Assembly: GCA_964016885.1 (NCBI GenBank)
Contig: OZ024742.1
Coordinates: forward strand, 242,544,001 to 242,608,000
From: Eledone cirrhosa
Taxonomy: Eukaryota
DNA length: 64,000 nt
Direction: 5' to 3'
A program made the translations under genes and the position numbers. The notes under the pieces are model-generated. The model was not told the DNA's origin. It saw only the letters and a program-made list of their open reading frames with translations, and did not search any database. Of this stretch, positions 35,969-49,877 are shown piece by piece. Each line of letters begins with the position of its first letter. Positions within the stretch are counted from its first letter, which is position 1.

Positions 35969-37020
35969 ACTCATACCCCCTCTCTCTCTCTGTTCCTCTA
36001 CAGAATGGAGAACAATAAAGAGCGCGTAGATCTCTGTCTCTCTCTTTCTGTCTTTATATATATATGTGTTTGTGTGTGTGTGTGAACCAGCGTTCGTCGC
36101 CATTCACTCTCTATCTCTCTGTCTCTCTATCTGATTATCTTGTACCTCTATCTGTATAACGACCTATCTCACTCTCTCTCTCTCTCTCTACATCTCCCTT
36201 TCTCTCTTTAGATGTATATGTATATGTGTGTGTGTGATATATATATAGAGAGAGAGAGTTGCAACATGTATGTAGTTTCATAGATGTTTTAGGGTAGTGA
36301 GAATGAAAATATAAACAGAGCATATAAATAAATTTACAGTAGAATAACATAACAAATATGTTTTAAATATATACATAAATAACATTACAAATGCCTCGGT
36401 AACACTACAAAGGATGATACAATGAAAGATATATCCTTCAATGCTACAATATTAAAGAAAATGCAAAGGAAGGAATGAACAACGGAGCCAACACCAGAGC
36501 AAAAGACAGCAACGTCTCGAGTACTTGGCAACCTCTCTAATGATTTTTTAGGCAAGCCAGCACACTCGCAGCGTTGCCTCGGGTGATGGCGAGGCTGATG
36601 CACTGAAATATTGTTTTAAAAGACTTTTTAATAGAAATGAAGCAAAATGGAAGCTTAATGTTGAAACTTCGAACTCATGAATTTTGCAGGTTAAAATTTT
36701 GCTGGCCCGAAAACTGTTCGCGTATTTTTGTACGCGTAGTTTGTTCGTAACGTAAATAGATAAACAAATGACGCTATAAAAGGGAAATAACTCATCTCTC
36801 ATCTCTATTTATACATTTGAACTGAAAAATCAATACATTACAAATTCTATTTTTGCACTTGGCGTGGGTCGATTTGAAAATTTGTTTGACCGATGTCTCT
36901 GCCGGACCTTCATCTATAAGTGTAGCAATTTCACCGAAATTTGAACGTACCATTAGGAGAAGATGTGTGCCGACCGTTTTAGTAGACAGACAGACAGACA
37001 TCCTCAGTTTTATATATATA
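34872..37020 (-). mobile_element. Non-autonomous Helitron/DINE-like element, reverse orientation
   Basis: ACTAGCAGA..CCCGGCCTTGCTCGGG at the left end and (AGAC)n-ATCCTC..TTTTATATATATA at the right end mirror the termini of 10334-11688. Confidence 0.55.
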
Positions 37021-37124
37021 TATATATAATATATATATATAAAACGAAAGAGTTGTGGTAAGGAACCAAATTGACCATAACGTACCAGAGTACTCAATAC
37101 TTAGAGTAGTAGAGTGAGCAATAG

Positions 37125-37223
37125 GAGAAGGTATGACCCCGACGGCAGAGCTCAAGCCGTTTCGACGACTATTTCTGAAATAGCCGTCGAAACGGCTTGA
37201 GCTCTGCCGTCGGGGTCATACTT

Positions 37224-37227
<4 letters not shown>
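37125..37227. repeat. Near-perfect 103-bp palindrome
   Basis: GAGAAGGTATGACCCCGACGGCAGAGCTCAAGCCGTTTCGACG... mirrored about 37176. Confidence 0.95.
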
Positions 37228-37256
<29 letters not shown>

Positions 37257-37260
<4 letters not shown>

Positions 37261-37380
37261 AGGCGTGTGGCTGAGTGGTAAGAGAATTGGATTCGCAATC
37301 GAGAAGTTGTGAGTTCGATTCCTGCACCGGGCGGTGCGTTATGTCCTTGAGCATGACACTTTATTTCACGTTGCTCCTTC
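37257..37380 (+). mobile_element. Second tRNA-derived SINE family, 5' portion
   Basis: A-box TGGCTGAGTGG, B-box GAGTTCGATTCC, then TGTCCTTGAGCATGACACT core. Confidence 0.75.
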
Positions 37381-37822
37381 TACCTGGAGTTGCGACCGAT
37401 AGATAGTATTAGCAATTGGAAAGACCGACGAAAATATTGTTTCCTCGGTCCGATTTGCCTAAACACTAAACACAGCCAACGTATCTGCTATTAACTAAAT
37501 GTGTGCACTCTGAACAGTTGATTGCAGTTGCAGTATTAGACGCTGGCCGGAGAACCCTGAATTTATGCCAGCGATCTTCGTTACTTTTATTATTATTATT
37601 ATTATTGAATGCTATAGTTGACGGAGGCTCGGCTCTGTAAGGTATTGTAAATTTTGAACGCTATAACAATTGTAAATTGTTTAAAACTTTAACCAACTTG
37701 TAGACAAAAACACCCTCCTCCTCGTGAGAGGGGTCTTTCTGCCCGTTATTTGGCCCCTCGGGGTTAAATAACTGCTTATTGGGGTTTTGTGCCCAATATT
37801 TATTTTAAACAAAAAAAACAAC

Positions 37823-39932
37823 ATGGCTACGAAAAAGAATTTTCATAGGTCACTCCCACTCATTCCGTCTTCTTCTTCCTCAATCGTCACTACAGCAGAG
37901 AGAAGATTGTCTCTCTCCCGCCCTTCTTTAAATGTGTCTCTCTCCCTCCCTTCTCTTTCGCAAGCGACGCCAGTAAAGAAAAGTCTCGTGCAAAGCGTGC
38001 AAGATTTCTCCACGACGACGACGACAACGACGAAACAGGTGAGAGGGAAATACGAAAACCCATTTCATTCGTCTGACGTCAGGAATAATAGCAGTAGCAG
38101 CCGTAATAACAACAGCAACAGTGACAGTGAAAACAACAGTAGCAGCCGCAACAGCATCAAAAGCAGCATAAACAACAACAGTATTAGCAGCAGCAACAAC
38201 AACAACAACCACAGCAACAGCAGCGGCGGCAGTAGTCGTAGTACCTGCAGCAACAACAAAAGTAACAGCAGCTCTGACGACAACAACAACAACAACAGCA
38301 GCAAAGAAAAACCAATCTAGTTTGCAGGTATCGCGAAGAACCTGGAAACAATCCTCATAACAAATGAGGAATTAGAGGAAGCGAAAAAGATGGTGACAAA
38401 ATCTGGACACCGAGCAATCTGCAAGGCAGCGGAAAATTTTTTCGAAACCCAACAGCACTGTACGGTCACGTACCGTACAGTAAGTACAAAATCCCGTAGG
38501 GTTGAAAGAGCCACAGAGGCTCAAATACAAAAGGTCTTGGGGTCTGTGTGGCAGCGGAAAACGCATATCATCCGAGGCAAGAAATATGCCACCGTAGACG
38601 TACTTTTTGCCACACCCCAGGAAGCGAAGGCTCAATCTGTAGTGACCCTAAGGAGCGAGGAAATGGTGTTGGTGCCCTCCTACTGCGGGCAAAAAATTGT
38701 GAGGGTCAAACTGACCCACGTCCCCCCCGGGATGGCCCCTTCTTGGCTGGCCGCGTCTGTCCTCGTCGGAATCGAGGACAAAACAACTGTACTGCAAGTA
38801 CAGAAAAAAGTAAGAGAAGATTGGGTCGGCACCTCTATTGAGATGTTAATCCAACCCAACCTGGGATGCATCGAAGCTATCCCCGATGTGATAGACTTCG
38901 ATAACGGCACTCAACTGCCCATAAGTGTTGAGGGCAAACGCCCGAAATGCTTTCGCTGTGGATCGAAGACTCACCTCAGGGCCTTCTGCAACGAGATGAC
39001 CCTGAGAAAGGAGAAAACCCCCCTCCTTCCGAAACCGGCTCCACGGCTACCAGCAACAGGACAAGCGGCAACCAGGAACGATAGGTCCGTGGCACCCATA
39101 CCCACGCCACGGAAATCAAAAACAGCAGCAGCAGGGGAAGTATTAACAACAACAACAGCAATACCAAATGCAGCTGCAACAGAGACTCCAGTGCAAACAT
39201 CACCAACAACAACAAGTGAAAGAGTGGAGCTGGTACCCCTCCCCGACCTCACAGAATCAGACATGGAGTGTGAGGTGGGAGAGGGATGGCAAAAGGTCGT
39301 AAGAAGGCACAAACGCAGAGCAGCGCATCGTCCCCTTTGAAAAGGGAGGAAAGAAATGAAAAAGGGTAAAGGCTACTGCAAAGAGACTTACAGCAGCAAC
39401 ACCACCAACACCATCCCCACCCACACTAGCACCACCATCACCACCGGCGGCAACTCCACCGCCAAGAACAACAACACCTTCAACACCACCACCACAAGCA
39501 CCAACATCGCAAACACAACAACAAAACACACACACCCAGCAACAACGACAAGAAAATAGCAGAACCAGACCCCACCCCCAAAAAAAGAAATGCACAGCAA
39601 TAAATACACACAACAAGAAACTAATGACTTACATAATTGAACACACAGACATTTCACAGCACCACTACATAATACCAGCACCAATCAAAACACCAACGAA
39701 CATAAGACTGGTAAGAATAGCACAGAAACAATACACAAACATTAAAATGAAATTCCCCAACGCAGTTGCTGATTTCAGAAACCTAGGAGGGACACTCAAC
39801 CGGAGAGTATATTCGGATATACTCACAGAAGAGCCGACGACCAGCCGAAGGGACGATTTAACGGTCACTTCACCAGACGATCAAGTGGAAAGGGATGGAG
39901 AAACCAGCCTTCCTCTCGGAGAAGTAAGGGAA
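37823..39932 (+). pseudogene. Tx1 ORF1 (CCHC knuckle CFRCGSKTHLRAFC), frameshifted
   Basis: ORFs 37787-38320, 38390-39340 and 39624-39998 are homologous to A1 ORF1. Confidence 0.85.
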
Positions 39933-39966
39933 GTGGTCTTTCACATATTTTCCACTCCATTTCAAC

Positions 39967-42900
39967 ATGATCTCACTCAGAATAGGCAGCATAAATGAGC
40001 GTGGCTTGGGGACGTCATAGAAGCAGGGCGACCTGCTCAACGACCTCAGGTCACTAAACATAGATGTAGTGGCCATCAGCGAGACCAGAATCTCCGAAGC
40101 ACGGGCCTTCGCACCGATATTCGGCGGCTACGATGTGTACGCATCTCCCAGCCGTCATGGATCGGGGGAGGAGTTGCTGTGCTTTTTCGGAGAGGTTTGG
40201 ATCTCGCCATACGGGCCATCTTCCTGGACCCAGAAGGTATGTTGGCGGTGCTGGACGTGACCAGCGGAGACGGGCAAGCTTTCAGGCTAGTGGCCGTCTA
40301 TGCCCCGACAGGAGCAGGGCGGCCTGATTTCTTCCGGCGTCTGGAGACTTTTCTTGGAAGGTCCCGCTCTTTAGTGTTAGTGGGCGACTGGACCGGGATG
40401 TTATATTCACGCTGGGACTGTGTGGGATTAGCGGATAGGGAGGATGGTGCAAGAGCCTCACCAACCTGCTCAGGCGTTTTGAACTGTCTGACAGGTACCG
40501 ATTTGATTTCAAGAATGTGCCAATGTGGACTTGGACATACCGTATCAGGTCATCCAGATCATATCTAGATAGAGTATTTTGTAGGGAAATAGATAGGTCT
40601 AGCATAGGCTGTCCACAATTCAAGATAGTCAGCTACACGGACCACAAATTCGTGATCTGTGTGCTTGACTTAGATAGGCTTCATAGACGAGGACCGGGCT
40701 ACTGGAAGCTAAACGCGTCCTTACAAGCGCGCAAGGCCTACGTAGACCGGATTAGCGAACTAGTTAAGCGAGCGTTGACGGGGGCCATCGTCAACAACAA
40801 GTGGTGGTTTGCTCTGAAAAGAGGGATTAGAATAGAGTCCATTAGGTTTAGTAAGGCTTTAGCTATAGAGAAAAATAGAGCAGAGGGAGAACTAGTTAGA
40901 AAATTAGACGAGACGCATAGCAAAGGTATCGCGACCGACGTACCTGCGGCGAAATTGGCCCTTGACCAATTCTTCAATGCAAAGCACGAAGGCTGCGTTG
41001 TCAGAGCTAGGGTGCGTGCTCTCAGACACGAGGGGACGAAAGCCGTTCAATGGGCCCGAGTGGGGGAGGCGCGTCGTTGCAACAAAGCCACGATCCCGTT
41101 TTTGGTGGACCACGACGGGCGCATGTTACTCGATACCTGGCAAATATGTGAAGCTTTTCAGCGACACTTCGCTCAGCTGTTCGGGGTCAATAGCGGGCCG
41201 GATCGAGGGATGGACTTTAGTGTCTACCTCGACGGACTGCCGCGGCTCTCGGCCACTGAGGCGGAGTGTTGCGAAAAGCCGATAACAGCCGCTGAAGCAC
41301 GGGAGGCAATGACTGGCTGCACAAGGGGTAAATCGCCTGGTTTGGATAGTCTGCCCTATGGACTTTACGTACAGATGCCAGACTTGTTCGGAGGCCTCTT
41401 GGTGGACGTATACTGCAACTGGCAACAGAACAGGAGAGTTCCCGGCTCTGTGAGCCGCGGAGCGGTGGCGCTGCTTAGAAAGGATCCGAACAAGGAGGAT
41501 AACATAGATAATTTCAGGCCCATAACTCTTCTAAACACAGAGTTCAAGATTTTGCCCAAGGTGCTAGCAAAGAGGTTGGCGCTTGTCGTTGGTGGTCTGG
41601 TGGGAGAGGCGCAGACATGCGCCATTCCCGACAGATCTATCCACGACAACCTCCACCTCATGCGATACATCGTAAAGAGGGTAGCTAGGGAACCTGGCAC
41701 GGGTGGGTCCTTGATCAATTTAGATCAGTCGAAAGCCTTCGATAGGGTCGACCATCGTTACCTAGCGGCAGTCCTGAAGGCGGCTGGCTTTGGGACCGTC
41801 TTCAGAGGCTGGATCGCTGCCATGCACCGCGACATCTGCTCTGTGGTGAGAGTGAACGGTCACCTTTCGGAACCGTTCAACATCATGCGCTCGGTCTGCC
41901 AAGGATGTCCCATCTCGTCCCTCTTGTACGTATTGACTCTCAAGCCATTACTGTATAAACTGGAGACGTTGAGGGGGGTCCCACGGGAACTAGGATGCGG
42001 AAGATCCATGTCAGCATATGCGGACGATGTCACCGTAGTGGTGTCGAACGCCAAACACATCGAGGCGATCGGCACTACACTAAGAGAATACGAAGCGGTG
42101 ACAGGAGCAATGATCAACCCGGAAAAGTCAGTGGGCCTGCAGCTCGGCACCTGTAGAGGCAGGTCCATGCTGTCCAACAGCGTCGTCGGGTGCTGGACGG
42201 ACGGACCGGTTAAATTGCTAGGGGTCTGGTTCGGTCCAGACCTCCAGACGGACAAAAACTGGGACGAGGTGACGCGCAGGGTGGCTTCTCTCACCCAGAA
42301 ATGGGCCGCGAGGAAGCTATCCCTGAAAGGTCGAGCGGAGGTGGCTAACGCGTACATCGCGTCCGTCATCTACTACCGCCTGACCGTCGTACCTTGTCCT
42401 AAGCCCCGCCTGACTGCGCTGAAGCGTTTGCTCTTTCGCTTCTTGTGGAAGGGACGCGCTCCGATGGTCAGGCGGTCCATCTGCTGTCAACACCCGCTAC
42501 GTGGAGGGCTGGGAATGCCGTGGTTGATGGTGCGCTGACACACGCTTAGGCTACGACATCTCCACCTCTTCCTCGACGGTGACCAGGTGTGGTCGCCGTT
42601 TGCTAGACGCGTCTTTCTCCAGCTCGTCTCCTTGACGGAGCTGCAGTCCTGGGTCAAGCGAAGACGGAGAGGGAACGCGTGGAGACTAGAATGTCTTCAG
42701 GCGCTAACAGCCCTCGACCAATCGGGCAATGTGATCGGTGGAAACTCCACCTCAGCGTTCTATAGAGGATTAGTGGAGGGGAAGAGCGACGACGTACTTG
42801 GGGAAACTCTAGGCGTCGACGAAAATCAACTAGCCAATCTCTTCGGAAGAACTTTATGGCCGGGGCCTATCGACAACTTCCAGAAATCCCTGGCCTGGCA

Positions 42901-43375
42901 GTGCTACCGAGGAGCTTTGCCAGTTCGGGATAAACTCTACAGGCATGGAGGTGCCATCAGACGGGCATGTCCGAGATGCGCGCAGGGCGACGAAACCGTC
43001 CTGCACGCACTCGTCCAATGTCCGAGCTTTGTAGACTTGTGGGTTTATGTCGAACACCTGCTGTGGCGTGTAGGCCGGATCCGGCTATTAGCTGCGTCCA
43101 TCGTGAGGATTTACCCGCCCTCTTCCTTTAGCCGGGAAGGGAAGGCAGTTTTATCTGCCATGGCGAAAGAGATATTATGGTGGACACGTTTTAAAGGGCT
43201 GAAGACGAGCACTTACCTCTTCGGTGATGCCCTGATTAACTTTTTCAAATTTCATTTGAAAAGGAAAATCAGGGTAGAGAGGGAAGTGCTCTCTTCCCAG
43301 CATTTTGTTGAAAGATGGGTGAGAGAAGCAAGAATGGCCCGAGTGAATGGGCCTACTCTGAGTATGTGTCTGTAA
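39967..43375 (+). pseudogene. Tx1 ORF2 (APE + RT) with premature stops and frameshifts
   Basis: TAG at 40018-40020 and TGA at 42536-42538; APE and RT motifs including YADD. Confidence 0.93.
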
Positions 43376-43625
43376 ATTAAAGGTGGAAAACTGGGAGAGG
43401 GCACTTGCCCTGGTGGTCAGGGTTACTGTGGCCTTTTAATGGGCTTTCTCCACAAATGTCCCTCGGAAGTCTCCCCCCTATTGGGGAATATTTCATTGTT
43501 ATTTTTTTGTTACATCCTCTGTTTTTGTTTTTTACACGCAGAAATCCCATTTATACCGTCCTGTATTGTCCTGTACTGTCGTTAATGTCTACTTTATGTA
43601 AACCCTTGTGGTTAATAAAGAAACC

Positions 43626-43636
43626 ATTATTATTAT

Positions 43637-43687
<51 letters not shown>

Positions 43688-43823
43688 AAGTAGTTGTAGT
43701 AGTAATAACAGTAGTAGCAGTAGTAGCAGTAGTAGTGTTAGTATTAGTAGTAGCAGTAGTGGTAGTAGTAGAAGCAGCCTCAGCAGCAGTAGCAGCAGCA
43801 GGAGCTTTATCAGCAGCAGCAAC

Positions 43824-43878
<55 letters not shown>

Positions 43879-43880
43879 AT
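43626..43880. repeat. (ATT)n then imperfect (TAG)n/(CAG)n microsatellite
   Basis: Read directly from sequence. Confidence 0.95.
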
Positions 43881-44280
43881 AAAACAAACAAAATTAAACA
43901 ATGCTTTGTATAACAATCAATACGTACGTGTGTGACATTTATTGTTTATAGAAATGTAAAATATTTGAGTGTTCATTTTAGCGAAGCTGAAACAGTATCA
44001 TAAATGATGACAATAACATTGACAAGATATAAATGTAGAAGATTATAGAAAAATCAGGTAAATTATTAGAGGAGCGGAAAAAAAATATACGTACATACAG
44101 CTATACACGTAACAACACACACAAACGCACACACACATATATATATATATTCTGTCCCGATAACTTAATTTATTTATCGCTCGCACTAATTTTAGGTACC
44201 TAGTCTTTAATGCGAAGAAATACCAATGATAATCAGCAGGCTACTGATGAAGGACGTTCTTGTTTCTCGGTCTATTTTTA

Positions 44281-44324
<44 letters not shown>

Positions 44325-44329
<5 letters not shown>

Positions 44330-44610
44330 AAAATTAAGATAAATTGAATTAAATTAAATTAAATCAAATTAAATTAAGGGTGTCATGTCAGATAGACATG
44401 CGCCATATCACCCGTAAAATATGCTCCAAGATTCTAATGAGTAGAAATATATTCTAATTAAAGAAATATATTTCACCAATTAATCTACTCATTAGAATCT
44501 TGGAGCATATTTTACGGGTGATATGGCGCATGTCTATCTGACATGACACCCTTAGTTTAATTTGATTTAATTTAATTTAATTCAATTTATCTTAATTTTG
44601 GATATATATA
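44325..44610. repeat. Inverted repeat (arms about 120 bp); arm sequence related to 11895-11985
   Basis: AAGGGTGTCATGTCAGATAGACATGCGCCATATC... and its reverse complement. Confidence 0.9.
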
Positions 44611-45034
44611 AATACGGCCCCTTAATTGTAGAGCTAACTCAGTTGAAAGGACTTGACTGCTGTTTCTAGTTGTCGATAACCCTATTCACGCCACTGGGCG
44701 AAGCTGGCATGATGTGTGTATTTTTAGTGGATACAGCACGTGTTACTGGCCAGTCGCTGATTCGAACTTAATGCGTAAACACAGATCGCTGGACCGCTTC
44801 CTTGTTGAAAATCCAGGACCTGGCTACTGTCGTTTACCAATCGATTAATTGGTGAAATATATTTCTTTAATGGAATATATACGAGGAAGATTAATCAAAT
44901 TATAAGGTATCTATTTTTGAAGTTCTAGTTAAACTTTATTTAGTTACCTACCTAGCTATGTGTGCTTACACACTTTTACAAATTATCCCCTGTGATTGTT
45001 TCATATGTTTAATTATATGTCAATCAATTTCTAG

Positions 45035-45560
<526 letters not shown>

Positions 45561-46407
45561 AAGCGTGAGAAGAAGTGAGAAAGTTATTCTAAACACATCA
45601 AAAGAATGTAATAAAAAAGTTAATACTGAAATATTTCCAAGACGAAATCAAAGCAAGAAAAGTGGAAGAGAAATTGCAAATATATGCCATAGGCTCAGCA
45701 ATATTTCTAGTACGTCTCGACATGTCGATGGTGGTGGCAATGAAACCACTACTAACAATGGATTGAGAAATAATTATGAAATGGATATAAGAGAAATAAA
45801 AGAAACAATAACTAAAAAGAAGGAAGAAAAATGAAAGAAAAGAACGTTTTCAGAGAACAACAAATATAACAATACGCGGAAAGAAATATATACAAATTAA
45901 ACTTGAAATTGGCGCAAATGAATCATACTACGCTTTTATATCTTTAATATAGATACATATGCAATTTTTCAGGAATATATCGTGAGTTAAAAACGAAAAA
46001 AAAAATAAAGATAAAGGAAAAAAAAGAGATTCGAATTCGTAAACAAGTAGCGAAAGAGAACAAACAAACCCATTAAAATATGAAACATTTTCTTTACTTT
46101 ATCCACAGCAAGCGAAAATTTGTCACAGTAAAATCTTTAGATTTTTTTTTTCATTATTGCGTTTGCTTTCACACTTCGAAATGCGTGCAAAATAAGAAGA
46201 AAACTGAGAAAGATTTGATAGCAAAAATGGATTCTAAAGAATCGCTTTCTTCCTACCTCTCAGTATTCCACATCTAATTAATAACTTCCTTTTGATATTT
46301 TCTCTAGCTTCTACTATTTCTGCTTTAGGAATGTATATGGACATAAAGGCCTGTGTAAAATGGATCCATTCATCTATCCGCTCTCTCTCTCTCTCTCTCT
46401 CTCTCCC

Positions 46408-46493
<86 letters not shown>

Positions 46494-46775
46494 AATAACA
46501 AAGTCTGTCTTTCTTTTTGACAGTCTCCTCTCTCTCATATATATATATATATAAGAGAGAGAGGAGACAGTCAAAAAGAAAGACAGACAGACAGAATATA
46601 TATATATATATATATATATAAGAGAGAAGAGACAGTCAAAAAGAAAGACAGACAGACAGAATATATATATATATATATATATATATAATGTAGGAGGTGA
46701 GTTTTATTGTAGTACAATAAAGCAATGCAGATATCGGATAAGAAGCACTCTACAGTTTGTAGGACTGGAGTATGC

Positions 46776-47108
46776 ATAATATAAGATCAAAAGATGGTTA
46801 AAGGAGTTCCATGTATTTTATTATGCGCATTTCAAAAACAAACATCATCATGCAATAATATTTGTGTTTTCATCAGATAAAACAGGAGAACATGATATGA
46901 AGGCTAAAAAACACTTGTGGATAGTGCAGTTTTAAATCAACATATCATATGTTGATTTAAAACTGCACTATCCACAAGTGTTTTTTAGCCTTCATATCAT
47001 GTTCTCCTGTTTTATCTGATGAAAACACAAATATTATTGCATGATGATGTTTGTTTTTGAAATGCGCATAATAAAATACATGGAACTCCTTTAACCATCT
47101 TTTGATCT

Positions 47109-47116
<8 letters not shown>
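46776..47116. repeat. Fold-back palindrome (arms about 168 bp), a hammerhead in each arm
   Basis: Mirror centre AACATAT-C-ATATGTT at about 46946. Confidence 0.95.
47008..47080 (+). ncRNA. Type I hammerhead ribozyme (mirror copy on minus strand at about 46812-46884)
   Basis: tgttttat-CTGATGA-long AT-rich stem II-GAAA-tgcgca-TA-ataaaataca. Confidence 0.8.
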
Positions 47117-47178
<62 letters not shown>

Positions 47179-47183
<5 letters not shown>

Positions 47184-47512
47184 TTAAAACAATGAAATAA
47201 AAAATCAAGTCATTAGAGATATACTTCACTGCTTTACGATCGTTTCTAGATGGTGATAATACATTGTATCTATACCCAGTTATTGATCTATGTAAGTTTA
47301 CAAACTATCAGATAGAGAGAATATTTACTTACATGCATATCACCAGCTGTTTTCAAAAGCAATCAAATATTCTCTCTATCTGATAGTTTGTAAACTACAT
47401 AGATCAATAACTGGGTATAGATACAATGTATTATCACCATCTAGAAACGATCGTAAAGCAGTGAAGTATATCTCTAATGACTTGATTTTTTATTTCATTG
47501 GTTTAACTTATA
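47179..47512. repeat. Inverted repeat (arms about 145 bp, spacer about 38 bp)
   Basis: AAGTTAAAACAATGAAATAAAAAATCAAGTCATTAGAG... and its reverse complement. Confidence 0.95.
47228..47363 (-). ncRNA. Type I hammerhead-like motif with U3:A8 core and a stem II insert of about 105 nt
   Basis: Minus strand reads attgctt-TTGAAAA-cagctggtgata...tatcaccatcta-GAAA-cgatcg-TA-aagcagt. Confidence 0.6.
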
Positions 47513-47655
47513 TCATGACTCTGTTTTCCTTTTAATGTTTTATTGTTTTCTGAGATTTATCTTAACCTACAACATTTTCAACATATGGATTACATTGAGT
47601 TCTTCATACAGAATAGACCCCACAACTTACAGTGGATACCTCTGTGTATCTACAT

Positions 47656-47739
<84 letters not shown>

Positions 47740-47876
47740 TTAATATACATACTCTGCTATGTATTGAGTACCTTACTTACTGTGGTTACCGCCGATTCAA
47801 CCCACGATATATTTATAATTATATACATTTCTCTCTCTCCCCCTTCCCCTCTCTCTTTTTATTTCTTATACACACA

Positions 47877-47966
<90 letters not shown>

Positions 47967-48072
47967 ATGTTACTATCTGTACAAGTGTCTACATTCAATA
48001 TATTTCCAACTTACAATTTGTACCTTTCCTTACACGGTAAAGCAATATCAAACAATTTAACTGCATATGAAG

Positions 48073-48162
<90 letters not shown>

Positions 48163-49314
48163 ATGTATATATATAAACTAATTCCTCCATTAACCCACTT
48201 CTGAACTACGATACAGAAAGCATGACATGCTTTTACATTCGATGAAATATTTTTAGAGAAGAAATGAAATTATAGCTACTCGCAGCATCTTAAATATTTC
48301 CTTTGCTGACCAAGTGAAGTTACTGTCTTTGTCTCACCAAATCGCATGTCAATGTTTTGTACATGTTCAACCACCATTGTCATGGCAAATATTCTTAAAC
48401 GTTTTCATATCTAATCTAGTTAGACAGTTCTATATCAGGGGCAACGCATTATTAAACTATCACTTGCATTTTATTGACGACCTCCGGGAATTCTGTCACC
48501 TTTATTTTGTTTTCTGGGTTCCTAACACTTAGATGCAGAATAATGTGTTATGTGTTTCGTCAATGTTATTATATCCTCTGTCTTAGCGAAAAGATCGATA
48601 ACTTTGATATTTTATTTACTTCTTTACTCCAACAAATTAATGATTGACTAGGCAGTCATATTTCTATGTAACTTATTACTTAAATATTTCATCAACTTTT
48701 TGCAGTAATTTAGTAAGACTCTTAACATGTATCTCCATTTTCGGTTTGCAAGTAATGACTTTTCTTGTTATCTTTTCTGGAATGAGTAGCAACTTCATCT
48801 ATTCTATATTTATGGCAGATCAAAAAGAAAGAAGGAACGAACCCATAACAATTATGAACTTTTATAATTATAACTTTATGAATATGGTTTTGTATTTATG
48901 ACTTTAGATGTGAATAAGGCTGTACATTTAAGAGGGTTAGAATATGTCGATTGAAATATTCCATGTTACTATCAATAGTTTCGAATAGCCTTACATATTA
49001 AAACTCTCACAATAACAACTACTAAATACATGTCTGAGTTTCCAAAACAAAACAGACGATAATTATTTTACAGTGTAACGGTTCAATAAAATATTGAATC
49101 ATGGAAAATCGATCTTAGACATTAATTTGCAACGTGTTTGTTGATATTCTATAAACTGTAAATGATGTAGTTGACGCAAATCTAGTGATATCCGGATTTC
49201 ACTTCTTTCAAATTTGCGCGTTCGGTGATTAAAGGGGTGTTATAACAATTAAGACAAGAGAAACTTAATAGCAACTCTCTTTCCCTCTGACTGATACACG
49301 TTCATTGACTAGAG

Positions 49315-49604
49315 CAGACATGGGCAACCTTTTTCGTGAAGCGGGCCGCATGAGATATGATTCATCACCAGGCGGGTTGCAAGCGCTAATTTACATTCGT
49401 GCCCACATTTAAAAAAGGGTGGTAACTGAGGTTGTTTTGATTTGTTTCTTCAGAATTCGTACACGTTGTTTTCCTCGATTGTAAAAATGATAGAAAGATA
49501 AATTGCGACTGAAAAGTTAGAGTAAAAAATTCAGAAAGATTTCACTTAGGTGACTTAGGCGAGCCATACAGAAAGCTTCCCGGGGCGCAGGTTACCCATG
49601 ACTG
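49315..49604. mobile_element. hAT-superfamily MITE (290 bp) with 8-bp TSD GACTAGAG
   Basis: TIRs CAGACATGGGCAACCT / AGGTTACCCATGACTG; GACTAGAG at 49307-49314 and 49605-49612. Confidence 0.9.
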
Positions 49605-49877
49605 GACTAGAGATTTCTTACAATTTGGTACAAGTCTCCACATTTTGTGGGATGGCAAAGTCATTTTAATCAACCTCCAACATTTGAGGAATGCTTTTGT
49701 CAATCATGGAAGGGATGAAATGAAAATTTGATTTGATCTTAGAATATAAAAGCAAGCATATAACTCGTAACTTGTAAGCAAGCATATGACATATAACTTG
49801 TAACTTGCTGATTTTACAATTATAATATATACCTTGCTTAATTGATAATGATAATGATCTTCTACATTAGCGCGTGG

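Larger units (their letters stand above)
37607..43625 (+). mobile_element. Near full-length Tx1 LINE, copy A3, with (ATT)n at both ends
   Basis: (ATT)n at 37588-37606 and 43626-43637; ORF1 and ORF2; ORF2 and 3' UTR nearly identical to A1. Confidence 0.93.

Noticed and set aside
37711-37771. CCTCCTCGT resembling an HDV ribozyme L3 loop in the A3 5' UTR
   Set aside because: P3 pairing and the P1.1 GG are absent; a simple hairpin explains it better.
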